32,219 bases of DNA from a virus (lineage: Duplodnaviria > Caudoviricetes): the IMG/VR virus record IMGVR_UViG_3300037195_001448, positions 1-32,219 of that record; one strand, given 5' to 3'. Made by a program: the position numbers and the translations under genes. This document shows positions 18,025-26,599 of the stretch, one piece after another; within the stretch, counting starts at the first letter, position 1, and every line of letters begins with the position of its first letter. The notes under the pieces were generated by a model. That model was not told where the DNA came from. It did no database searches and was given only the letters and a program-made list of their open reading frames with translations.

Positions 18025-19683
18025 CTATTCCAGCTCCTTGCCGACAGGGATGAAGGGAAGCTGCTGCTCCTCGATGTGCAGGACGATGGAGTCCGCCGCT
18101 TCGGTGACTCCGAGCAGGGGGTTACCTTCCCGGTCTCCTACAGCGGTCTCCGGTGGGCATCCGGACTCTTCGATTTCGTGGCAGGCGGCGTGAAGGTTGT
18201 CGAGCGTCCACGGCTTGGGCCGCGCCGGGCTTTCCTCCGGAGGCGTGACTCCAACTTCGGGGGCTTCAGCTTCGCCCGACACCTGACCACTGACACCCGA
18301 CACCTCTTTCCCCTTCTTCCCCTTCTTCTTCTCCCGGAGAAAGGATTCTTTGCGACCGATTTTCCAGACCCAGACCTCCTCGCCGAGGTCCGGGCCGTGG
18401 ACCACCAGGGCCGGATTGGCGTCGCGGTCCCCGTCTTCGGTCGAATACTCGGAGTCGTCGCAGATCTCGTATTCCCAGGTGTTCAGGGCGGCGCTGGCCT
18501 TGTAGGCTTCCGGGGGTATCTCGCCGGGGGCGCTGTTTACGAAGAGCAGCTCGAGCCGGCGGTCGTCCAGCCCGCTCTTGCCCCGCTCTATTCTCTCCTC
18601 CTCGATGGCCTTCCGAATCTCGGTCTCCCGCTGTTTCAGGACTCGGCGTTCCTTCTCGCCCCAGCATTGCGGGTTGGTGCAGCGGGCCTTCGATTCGGGC
18701 ACCTCGCCGAAGAGATCCATCTGGCTGCCGGTGTTTCGGGGGCAATCGGTGCAGGCTCCCGCTTTGGGATAGAGGGCGTCATCGCTCAGATCCCATTTGG
18801 CCTGGGTAAGTTTGCGGGTGTGCTTGTCGATCGATTCCTGCAGCTCGAGGACCGCCATGGTCTCGATGTAGCCCGGATCGTCGGCGTGCCACTGTTTGAT
18901 CTCGCTCAGGACCGCGGGCTGGGTCTCGAGGTGCAGGGCCGCGATGCGCTCGTAATGGCTGGGGGTCCACCGGCTGAACGGGCCGGCCCCATCGAGCCAC
19001 TCTGCCCGCCATTCCTTTCCCAGCCGGTTCAGCCCGATCTTGCGATAGTAGCTGGTCTCGGAGAGGTGCAGGCGGGCACATACCTCTTTGACTGTCCAGT
19101 GATGGGTCCGGCACTCTTCCAAAGTCTCGGCCTCTTCCAGGGGGTGCAGCTCCTGGCGGTGCATGTTCTCGACGACCAGCACCTCGAAGGCTTCCGCATC
19201 GGTGAGGTTGCGGACCGTGGCCGGGATCTCGGCCAGGCCGGCGACTTTCGAAGCCCGCCACCGGCGCTCCCCACACACGATCTCGTAATCAGTAGTCTTT
19301 TCGAGGGTGACGTTTTTATTCTCTCTGACGACGATGGGCTGGATGATGCCATAGGTCTTGATGGATGCGACCAGCTCGATGAACTTCGGATCGGTCTCGT
19401 CGATGTATCGGTGGTTGGATTTGTTGCTGCGGATGTTTGAGAGGGGGAGGAGCATGGTGCCGGGATGAAGAGGGGTGTCGGGTGTCGGGTGTCGGGTGTC
19501 GGGAAGGACGGGGGTGTCGGATGCGAAACGGGGAAGCCATTGTTTGAGCCATGGGATGTTCGGGGGGCCGAGATGCCCCTCCATACGGTAGGCGGCGGCG
19601 GCCTGGCCGGGGGTGATTGTGCGGCCTTCGTATTCGGCGTTCTGGCCGGAGTGGAGGGATTTGGCGGCGGAGGTGAGGGTCAT
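18025..19683 (-). CDS. parB: ParB/RepB/Spo0J-family protein (ParB domain starts at Met 19455; extra N-terminal segment in frame)
   Basis: LVASIK.YGIIQPIVVR, YEIVCGERRWRA, EN..R.EL.PLEEA; GACTDCP..TG Cys cluster. Confidence 0.88.
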   Translation of the reverse strand: MTLTSAAKSLHSGQNAEYEGRTITPGQAAAAYRMEGHLGPPNIPWLKQWLPRFASDTPVLPDTRHPTPDTPLHPGTMLLPLSNIRSNKSNHRYIDETDPKFIELVASIKTYGIIQPIVVRENKNVTLEKTTDYEIVCGERRWRASKVAGLAEIPATVRNLTDAEAFEVLVVENMHRQELHPLEEAETLEECRTHHWTVKEVCARLHLSETSYYRKIGLNRLGKEWRAEWLDGAGPFSRWTPSHYERIAALHLETQPAVLSEIKQWHADDPGYIETMAVLELQESIDKHTRKLTQAKWDLSDDALYPKAGACTDCPRNTGSQMDLFGEVPESKARCTNPQCWGEKERRVLKQRETEIRKAIEEERIERGKSGLDDRRLELLFVNSAPGEIPPEAYKASAALNTWEYEICDDSEYSTEDGDRDANPALVVHGPDLGEEVWVWKIGRKESFLREKKKGKKGKEVSGVSGQVSGEAEAPEVGVTPPEESPARPKPWTLDNLHAACHEIEESGCPPETAVGDREGNPLLGVTEAADSIVLHIEEQQLPFIPVGKELE

Positions 19684-19692
19684 GGTTTCGGG

Positions 19693-19765
19693 TTCGTAGC
19701 GGTGGTCTCCAGGCCGCCGTCCGGGCTGGCCGAAAGATCGGCGGCCTGGAGACCACCGCTACGAA
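19693..19765. repeat. GTAG-type REP doublet (27-bp perfect inverted repeat)
   Basis: TTCGTAGCGGTGGTCTCCAGGCCGCCG and its reverse complement; related copies at 17069 and 17586. Confidence 0.85.
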
Positions 19766-19769
19766 AAAA

Positions 19770-20198
19770 TCAATTATTCATCGGGTCGAAGGGTTCGGGC
19801 CGCGGGCCAGTGTCATCGAGATCCAGGACAATGTCGTCGCCTGGTATCAACGGCTCGCCATCGATGATGGCGGGCGGGATTGGGACTATTGGGATCAGGG
19901 CTATGGCGATGGCAGCGCCGATGGCCCTGCGCATGATCTCCTCTGGTTCGGCTTTGTTATCGTATCCGATCTGGAGTATGGCCAGGGGCTCTATCATGTT
20001 CTCGTCGCTCTTCAGGTGCTCCTTGAGCAAGGTATTTACCCAGGTGCATATCGCATGGCGGGCAGCCTCGATCCATGCGTCCTGGAGGCTTGGGCATAGG
20101 TCGCCGAACTCCTTGATCGGGAGGTCGTCGTCCGGTTTCAGTGACCGGAAGAACTCTGTGTATGCTCTGGCAGCGATTGGGGCGAGGATGGTGTTCAT
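19770..20198 (-). CDS. Hypothetical protein (142 aa)
   Basis: ORF with a heptamer array directly before the ATG. Confidence 0.65.
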   Translation of the reverse strand: MNTILAPIAARAYTEFFRSLKPDDDLPIKEFGDLCPSLQDAWIEAARHAICTWVNTLLKEHLKSDENMIEPLAILQIGYDNKAEPEEIMRRAIGAAIAIALIPIVPIPPAIIDGEPLIPGDDIVLDLDDTGPRPEPFDPMNN

Positions 20199-20455
20199 GG
20201 TGTCGGGTGTCGGGTGTCAGGTGTCAGGGTTGGGACAACGTCGTCGTCGTCTTCGGGGTTACATTCATCGCAGCCGGGGCACTCGACCTCTTCGTGATTG
20301 TGGCAGACGCACAGATCTCCTCCGCATTCGCAGTGGATTATCCCCAGGCCGCCGCATGGGCCTGGCGGGAAATCGTCTGCGAACAATTCCTCGTAGGTGC
20401 CTGTCGTTCCGCACCAGCAGGTAATCAGATCGTCTTCTATCTTCGGGGCGTCCAT
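20195..20455 (-). CDS. Cys-rich small accessory protein
   Basis: CWC, C.CGGDLCVC, CPGC motifs; C-terminus runs through a heptamer array. Confidence 0.6.
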   Translation of the reverse strand: MDAPKIEDDLITCWCGTTGTYEELFADDFPPGPCGGLGIIHCECGGDLCVCHNHEEVECPGCDECNPEDDDDVVPTLTPDTRHPTP

Positions 20456-20661
20456 GCTGTTTTCCGGTGGTTTTACGCAGGTTTTCAGATTCCACACATC
20501 CCCGAGCACTCGAATCGAAAGTTCATCTGGCCAGATTTCTCGTCAATAGTGGCGATGAGAATTTGAGTTGTCTGGCCTGTTCGATGTTGTTCATTTTCAG
20601 ATTACGAATTACGGACAAGGATTCGATCACACCTGACACCTGACACCCGACACCTCATGAC

Positions 20662-22770
20662 CTACTCTTCCATCTTCCATCCCCCGCCTCCGCCTCCCCA
20701 GTCGCTGGTATCGACCATGCCGCCCCAGTCGCTGTAGTCTTCCCTCCTGGCGCTCTCCACGGCTCGCATACTGCGGGCGGTCTCTACTTCGAGCTCCTGC
20801 TGGGTGGGCTCTGGCATCTCATACTCGCAATCCAGATAGGTGCCGGCGCAGAGGTTGTAACAGAGGGTGAAAAGGGAGTGGTCGGCGATGCCGGCCTTTT
20901 TGGGCTCGTATTGCTGGATCACTATGGACGATTTGGCGCTCTGCTGGCGGCGGGTGAAGTGCCACGCCGTCAGCTCGTCCAGGTAGTCCTCCTCGATGTC
21001 CTGGTAGACTTGGAGCCGGGCGTGGCCGGCGTTCTCCGGGGTGAGCAATCCCAGGGCCTGGCCGATGTATTTGAACTTACCCCAGACCCATTTTTGACGC
21101 CCGCCGATGATGTTCTGCCCCTGCTGGTCCCGCTCCGCATTGCGGGGGAAAAGATCGCTGCCGCCGCTCTGCTGGGCCGCATCCCGCTTGCCGTAGATGT
21201 TGCCCGCCTGCTCCGGGAACGTGTCTGTAAACTCAAATACGGCGTTCGGATCGTAGGCGCAGTCGATGAACGTATAGGTGATGACGTAGTTTGCCGTCCC
21301 ATCCACACTGTGGTAGCGCTTCACGAATAGGCGCTGCTCCAGCTCTTCCCAGGTCTCCACCCGGTCGATCCCCACAATCCAGATCCGTCCCTCGTAGCCC
21401 CAGGCCACGACCATCAGGCGCAGGTAGCCTTTCTGCACGTCCACCCCGCCGGTGAGGCCCAACGCCTCGTCCGGCACCTGCCACTTCTCGTGTGTTCCCT
21501 GGCAGCGCTCGCGTACGTCCTTTGATTCGGCGGAGCGGATGGCCGGGGAGAATGGCTCGCCTTCCCAGGAGTTTTTAAAGTGCTTTCGCTGGTCCTGCTT
21601 GTTGCGGCTCTGGCGATACTTCACCGCAAACCTGCCCAGGGGGACGATGGTGCTGTATTGGGTGCCGATCTGGTAGGAGATATTCATCTGCGGCGGGCAT
21701 TCGCCACGGTTCAGATTCTCGACCGCGTACTGGCGTAGCCGGGTCATGTCCCCTTCGAGCAGAGCATCCCCATCCGTGCCCACGATCTCCCGGTCGATCT
21801 CTGCCAGGCGGTTCCGGGTTGCGGGCAAGTGGTCTGCGATGTGCTCCTCCACGTCCCGAAAATCGACGTGCTGGTTGCGCAGATCGTGGGCCTGGGGGAT
21901 CCAGATCCCGAACTCCAGCATTCGCCGGCGCTCCCTCTCGTTCATGGGGTGGGCGCATTGCTCATCGGCGCAGACGTGCCGGGCGAGGTTGTTCTCGATA
22001 ATCGCCTGGTGGCTGGCATCCTTGGGGGCGATCACCCGCTGCCGTTCGATGAGCTGTAGGAGCCCGCATTGGGGACAGGGAACATGGTACCGGCGCTGGT
22101 CACCGCCCACATACTCGATGTGTATTCGCCCGTCCTCCGTGGTCGGGGTGCAGACCAGTATCACCAGCGAGGTGTGCGGGAAGTTCTTGACTCTCTCGTC
22201 CGCAAGGTCTACCGGGTGAGCCTCCTCGCTGTTTGGATTCCATCGGATTTTATCGACCTCGTCGATGACCAGTAACTCGATGGGGCGCTCGGAAAGTTTG
22301 CCGGGTGTGGCCCAGACGTAGCCCAGGCCGTTGCGCTCGTCGTTGGCGAGCCGGATGGAGCATCCCTGGTGGTCTCTCACCGCTCCGGTGGCGTGCCGGC
22401 GCAGCCTGGCGATGCGGAAGAGTGGTTTAACTCTCCGGTCGAAGAAATCCTTACAGTGGTCCTCTGAATCGATAACGTGGAGCTGGGGGCCGGGCGCTAC
22501 GTCTGACTTCCATCCCTGGACTCCTATGTAAATGGCGGTCTTCCCCACCTGCGCTGCCCATTGGAGCACCATGCGCCGGACCCGCCGCTCCGCTGCCATG
22601 TCCATGGGCTCCCGGGAGTAGGGGGTGAGGGTGGTAGAGTATTGCTCCCGGAGAACCGATTCGCCGAGCTGCCGCCAGAACCGATCGCACCATTCGGATG
22701 GCAGGATATCCTGCGGGGCAGCCCAGGCGGCTTTGTCTGCGGGAGACCAGATGGGGGTGGCGAGAGCCAT
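20662..22770 (-). CDS. terL: Terminase large subunit, lambda GpA family (702 aa)
   Basis: Walker A AQVGKT, Walker B LVIDEVD, CTPT coupling motif, VPCPQCG, nuclease GVDVQ. Confidence 0.96.
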   Translation of the reverse strand: MALATPIWSPADKAAWAAPQDILPSEWCDRFWRQLGESVLREQYSTTLTPYSREPMDMAAERRVRRMVLQWAAQVGKTAIYIGVQGWKSDVAPGPQLHVIDSEDHCKDFFDRRVKPLFRIARLRRHATGAVRDHQGCSIRLANDERNGLGYVWATPGKLSERPIELLVIDEVDKIRWNPNSEEAHPVDLADERVKNFPHTSLVILVCTPTTEDGRIHIEYVGGDQRRYHVPCPQCGLLQLIERQRVIAPKDASHQAIIENNLARHVCADEQCAHPMNERERRRMLEFGIWIPQAHDLRNQHVDFRDVEEHIADHLPATRNRLAEIDREIVGTDGDALLEGDMTRLRQYAVENLNRGECPPQMNISYQIGTQYSTIVPLGRFAVKYRQSRNKQDQRKHFKNSWEGEPFSPAIRSAESKDVRERCQGTHEKWQVPDEALGLTGGVDVQKGYLRLMVVAWGYEGRIWIVGIDRVETWEELEQRLFVKRYHSVDGTANYVITYTFIDCAYDPNAVFEFTDTFPEQAGNIYGKRDAAQQSGGSDLFPRNAERDQQGQNIIGGRQKWVWGKFKYIGQALGLLTPENAGHARLQVYQDIEEDYLDELTAWHFTRRQQSAKSSIVIQQYEPKKAGIADHSLFTLCYNLCAGTYLDCEYEMPEPTQQELEVETARSMRAVESARREDYSDWGGMVDTSDWGGGGGGWKMEE

Positions 22771-22858
22771 TAGTAGAGGGGTGTCGGGTGTCGGGTGTCG
22801 GGTGTCAGGGGTCGGGTGTCAGGTGTCGGTTCAGCCTCCCGTAAGCAGTTCCTTGCAT

Positions 22859-23218
22859 TCACATACCTGCATTCTGTTGTCCTCCTTCCTTGTAGAAATC
22901 GTTGATGGTCTGGTTTACTGCGGGCGCAAATTCCTCTAGCACTTCATCAAGTGCTGCCTCCATGTAGTCTGTAATTTTTTTGCGCAGCTTGTCCGGGTGC
23001 AAGACGGGCAGAAATGCGGCTTCTTCATCGAGGCTCATTTCTGGAAGGTCATGGCATCCCCAGGTTTTCATTTCCTCCGGGCCGAATTTATAGAGGATGA
23101 CACCCGCCGGTGAGTTGCATAACTCACAAGACGGATAGAACTGGACCACATACCATCTGTCCTCCGGGCCACAAAATCGAAAATCACCTGCAAAATCTCC
23201 ACATCCACACTGTCCCAT
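22859..23218 (-). CDS. Accessory hypothetical protein (119 aa, CGCG/C..C)
   Basis: GGAGG RBS; lower GC; flanked by 16-bp direct repeats. Confidence 0.65.
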   Translation of the reverse strand: MGQCGCGDFAGDFRFCGPEDRWYVVQFYPSCELCNSPAGVILYKFGPEEMKTWGCHDLPEMSLDEEAAFLPVLHPDKLRKKITDYMEAALDEVLEEFAPAVNQTINDFYKEGGQQNAGM

Positions 23219-23247
23219 TCTGTTGTCCTCCGGGTTAGGGTTACGGA

Positions 23248-23538
23248 TTACTCATCACGACTCATCACCTCGATGGTTCGGTCCGCGAGGCGGGTGCATA
23301 GCCTGACTGCGTTATCGAGGACATCTACGTCGGTCGGCAGGGCAGAGAAGTGGATGGAGAGGAAGACTCCGGTCAGGTATTCACGTGGGGAGAGGGGGAT
23401 TTCTGAATTCTGCCACTCCTTGAACGCCGCCCTCTGTGTAGCCGGGCGCATCTCGACAACATTGTCACCCGCCGGGGCTGGTATCCCCTCTTCGGGCTTA
23501 ATCGGTCCGCTGGTCGTCTTTTTCTTCTTCTTCGACAT
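23248..23538 (-). CDS. Hypothetical protein (96 aa)
   Basis: GGAGG RBS; LSPREY...A.RL..RLAD-type small phage protein pattern. Confidence 0.65.
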   Translation of the reverse strand: MSKKKKKTTSGPIKPEEGIPAPAGDNVVEMRPATQRAAFKEWQNSEIPLSPREYLTGVFLSIHFSALPTDVDVLDNAVRLCTRLADRTIEVMSRDE

Positions 23539-23586
23539 CGTTGTCCTCCGGTTTGGTAAGGGGTAATTCGTAAGAAGTAATCAGAA

Positions 23587-23832
23587 TCAGGGAGATGAGA
23601 CTCCGGGGCCGTCGGGTTTAACTTCTACAAAGCGACCGCCGCCCTGGGGTTGTTGCTCTATGACTCTCGCTACCTGTGCAAGTGTCTGGTTGGTTTTGGA
23701 AAGTGCCTCGATGGCGTCTACTACGCTTCGGCAGAGAGACGTTCCGAGTTTTCCGTTGTAAAGCTCGACCAGGTGGCCGATGTTTTTGTTTACCTCCTCC
23801 ATGACAAGGTGAACGTGATCTGCTGGTTTCAT
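23587..23832 (-). CDS. Hypothetical protein (81 aa)
   Basis: GGAG RBS; bracketed by inverted TTACGAA-type arrays. Confidence 0.6.
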   Translation of the reverse strand: MKPADHVHLVMEEVNKNIGHLVELYNGKLGTSLCRSVVDAIEALSKTNQTLAQVARVIEQQPQGGGRFVEVKPDGPGVSSP

Positions 23833-23875
23833 GGCTTCTTCTCCGAGTTACGAGTTACGAATTACGAATCACGAA

Positions 23876-24691
23876 TCACGTGTCCCAATTGGAATTGGGA
23901 CCTACCTCTGCTACCGCTTCCTCCAGCCCATCCCAGGCGTCCTGGGTGATCTCTCCTTGGTCGTGCCTCGAATCGATGAGGGCACGGGCGGCCTCGGCCA
24001 GGGACTCCAGGCGGCGCATGTGCTCGTATGCCTGATTGGCGTGATCGTCGTCTATCACCTGGCGGAATACGTTGGCGCTCCACTGGTGCAATGCCTGGCG
24101 AAGCTCGAACTCCTCCATGCCCGCCCATGTGGTGGCGTTGGTGTCCAGACGCAACAGGGGCGAGCGCATGGCCAGGATGCGGGCACCGTTGAGCCGGTCC
24201 ACGGCGTCCCGCTCCATCAGCCTGCCGTTTCTCTCCCCGGCGTCGGCCTGTTTGATCTCCATCTCGGCTTTGAGCTTTTCAAGCTCCAACTCTTCCTTTT
24301 CGGGAGCTTTGGTGTGAAAGCGCTTCTGCTGGATGGTCTCGGCGACGAAGATCGTGAAGCTGATCCAGGGCAGCCCATGATCGGACTCCCAGTCGATGTC
24401 GTTTTTCCGGCAGTGTGCCCGCCAGGAAGCCACCCATTGCCGGATCGTGCGCTCGTCCCGCTTCTCGATCTGAGCGGTCCAGATATCCGCATAGAGGCGC
24501 TGGGTGGGGCAGTGGCCTGGCCGGACATCTCCGGCGATGAACGCCTCCAGCTCCTGCAGCTCGGCGACCTCCCCCTTGGTGAACCGGTGACCCTCGTGCG
24601 CCCGCCGGACCAGCTCCGCATGGCGGGAAGCACGGGCCGCGTCGATGGGCGACTGGGTGGTCTGTTCGTCGGTGGGGAAGAGGGTGTCCAT
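23876..24691 (-). CDS. terS: Terminase small subunit, Nu1-like (271 aa)
   Basis: HTH-like ERTIRQW, coiled coil LEKLKAEMEIKQ...GRLM; upstream of GpA-type TerL. Confidence 0.7.
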   Translation of the reverse strand: MDTLFPTDEQTTQSPIDAARASRHAELVRRAHEGHRFTKGEVAELQELEAFIAGDVRPGHCPTQRLYADIWTAQIEKRDERTIRQWVASWRAHCRKNDIDWESDHGLPWISFTIFVAETIQQKRFHTKAPEKEELELEKLKAEMEIKQADAGERNGRLMERDAVDRLNGARILAMRSPLLRLDTNATTWAGMEEFELRQALHQWSANVFRQVIDDDHANQAYEHMRRLESLAEAARALIDSRHDQGEITQDAWDGLEEAVAEVGPNSNWDT

Positions 24692-24712
24692 GGGGTCGCC
24701 GGGTGTCAGGTG

Positions 24713-24970
24713 TCAGGTGTCGAGGTGGGGGTTGCGTATGTTTTCCAGGACATCGAATTCGGCGGGGCGGAGGCCGAGGGGTTCTCCGTTGGTGGCCGTT
24801 ACCGATACGGCCCCCCACTGATTGGATTCGCATTCATAGTCGCCTGGTTCAGCCCGGACATGACCAAACGGCGGATCGCCTGTGACGGTATGGAGAAGGC
24901 GGACACGGCTGGGAACAAATTGGGGGCGAGGCGGTAGCTGAGGGTCTTCGGGTTTTTTCTGATTACTCAT
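24713..24970 (-). CDS. Hypothetical protein (85 aa)
   Basis: ORF coupled (TAATG) to the upstream peptide. Confidence 0.6.
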   Translation of the reverse strand: MSNQKKPEDPQLPPRPQFVPSRVRLLHTVTGDPPFGHVRAEPGDYECESNQWGAVSVTATNGEPLGLRPAEFDVLENIRNPHLDT

Positions 24971-25083
24971 TACGCATTACGGATTAGGTTCCACACCAGC
25001 CAGCAGATAGCGCCGGCGGCCAGGAGGTAGTAGAGGATCTCGATGGGACGGAATTTTTCATCGGGTGGCTGGGGCAGGTTCAT
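24970..25083 (-). CDS. 37-aa membrane peptide (MNLPQPPDEKFRPIEILYYLLAAGAICWLVWNLIRNA)
   Basis: Read manually; fills the gap, one TM segment. Confidence 0.45.
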   Translation of the reverse strand: MNLPQPPDEKFRPIEILYYLLAAGAICWLVWNLIRNA

Positions 25084-25774
25084 TGCTTGGGGTCAGGTGG
25101 ACGTAAGGAGCGCCGGTAAGGGCGCTTTTCTCTTTCCCGCTCGGCTTGAATTCCCAGATGTTCCGCTCGCCGGTGGCCGGGACGTAGACCGGGTTCTCCC
25201 TTACAGCGCTGAAGTGCCAGGCGAATCCGCTCGGCGAAGGAAGGTAGTGCAGCTCCTTCTTGCCGAATTTCGTCTCGTTGCAGCGGCTGGTTCTGTCCAG
25301 CCAGCCCACTCCGAGGATCTGCCCCCTCGGCAGCTCCTCGCCGTCCCGCTCCCATCTGTTCTCAGAATTCAGGCTCAGCCCGTATCGGGCGAAGTCGGCC
25401 TGCACCTGCTCGTCCGCCGCCAGGGCGACACTCTCCTGGCAGGTGTATCGGCTGGCGTGCAGCCCCATGGTGCCCCGGTAGGTCTTCTCGAACCATTTGG
25501 TAATGAAGTGTTTTGTAGCGTGCCAGACCAGCAGGCTGGCCCAGGGCTGCGGGATGCTGATGCACTTCAACGGCCGGGCCAGGATCTGCTCATCGACGAC
25601 CAGCCAGGTGCCCTCGCAATCGATTTCGCAGCGGTTCATGTGCAGGAGATCCCAGCGAGGCGGATCGTAGGGCGAGTAGCCGGAATACTTGCGCATCTCG
25701 GCCTGGGAGATGTGATCGTTGTCACCGCGGGGCTTAGTCCGGAGCTTTGGATTTCGTGGGTCTCGGCGGGGCAT
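25058..25774 (-). CDS. ASCH-domain protein
   Basis: SI.QPWASL, YRG...LHAS, LPRGQILG, FAW, G...IW motifs. Confidence 0.8.
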   Translation of the reverse strand: MPRRDPRNPKLRTKPRGDNDHISQAEMRKYSGYSPYDPPRWDLLHMNRCEIDCEGTWLVVDEQILARPLKCISIPQPWASLLVWHATKHFITKWFEKTYRGTMGLHASRYTCQESVALAADEQVQADFARYGLSLNSENRWERDGEELPRGQILGVGWLDRTSRCNETKFGKKELHYLPSPSGFAWHFSAVRENPVYVPATGERNIWEFKPSGKEKSALTGAPYVHLTPSNEPAPATR

Positions 25775-25829
25775 GGTTTGTTCAGGTGTCGGGTGTCGGG
25801 TGTCGGGTGTCGGGTGTCGGGTGTCGGGG

Positions 25830-26417
25830 TCAGAGGAGGAGGAGGAGTTGGCCGGGGATGTCTTCTGTATCGGCGGAGACGTTGCGGGATTCGAGCTCGC
25901 TGCGGATGATGCTCTTCTCGTGTGGGAGATTTCTCATTTTGCTGAGGAAGTAGACCAGGTCCTCGTTGGAGCGCTCACGAATGACTGAGGCGAGGTCATC
26001 GCCTTTGTCTTTGGAGTCGGTACCGTCCGACCATCTCAAGGGGAACATGGGAACGTCAGGCGGCTTGAAGTTGTCCCGGCACAATTGGATCTCTGCGTGG
26101 TAGGGCTTGGCCGCCGTGCGGATTAGCATGAACAGGGCGGCCTCATCGTGCGAGACATCGCCATATACCCAGGCACGAAGATGGTGGCCTGATTTGACGT
26201 GCAGGCGCTCTCCGCTCGATACCAGGAATGAGGGCTTGAATGGGAGCGGCTGGGTCACGATCCGGATCGGCCTCTCTCCCCAGCGGCCCTCCCAGGTGAT
26301 GCGATCTGCCGGAAACGTGTTCGCACCCCCGCCGACCTCCCGATGGTCTACCCGCGTGAAGTATCTAAAAAATTCCCGCTCAGCAGCGGTGTCAGGCTCA
26401 TATTTGTATGCCATCAC
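25830..26417 (-). CDS. Hypothetical protein (195 aa)
   Basis: GGAGG RBS; coupled to the upstream gene. Confidence 0.65.
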   Translation of the reverse strand: MMAYKYEPDTAAEREFFRYFTRVDHREVGGGANTFPADRITWEGRWGERPIRIVTQPLPFKPSFLVSSGERLHVKSGHHLRAWVYGDVSHDEAALFMLIRTAAKPYHAEIQLCRDNFKPPDVPMFPLRWSDGTDSKDKGDDLASVIRERSNEDLVYFLSKMRNLPHEKSIIRSELESRNVSADTEDIPGQLLLLL

Positions 26418-26599
26418 TGCACCTCCTTCGCTCTCTTCCCGCCGGTCGGGAGGAGTTTTTTGTTGATTTCATACGTGCATTTCGGGCAACGGTGATTGCC
26501 GAGGGACTGGCTCCGAAACTGGCCGTTGCAGCGGTTGCAGCTCCGCATCGTCCTCTGGCTGTTGCGCCGTATCTGTTCGGTCCGGTCGTCGTCGTTCAT
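26414..26599 (-). CDS. Small zinc-finger protein (CNRC...CPKC)
   Basis: GGAGG RBS, ATGA coupling. Confidence 0.6.
   Translation of the reverse strand: MNDDDRTEQIRRNSQRTMRSCNRCNGQFRSQSLGNHRCPKCTYEINKKLLPTGGKRAKEVQ

Larger units (their letters stand above)
339..25828. repeat. Dispersed heptamer arrays (GGTGTC[A/G/T])n, about 22 clusters
   Basis: + strand GGTGTC arrays at about 339, 1777, 4328, 5453, 7342, 7762, 8304, 12419, 14047, 16864, 17029, 17862, 19473, 20199, 22779, 24701, 25783; opposite orientation at about 4436, 7397, 17546, 18275, 20628. Confidence 0.95.

Noticed and set aside
17830-19440. 536-aa plus-strand ORF, and other long plus-strand ORFs (e.g. 23831-24937, 19465-20424, 15711-16577, 25043-25909)
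   Set aside because: Antisense shadows of well-supported minus-strand genes in GC-rich DNA; no recognisable motifs.
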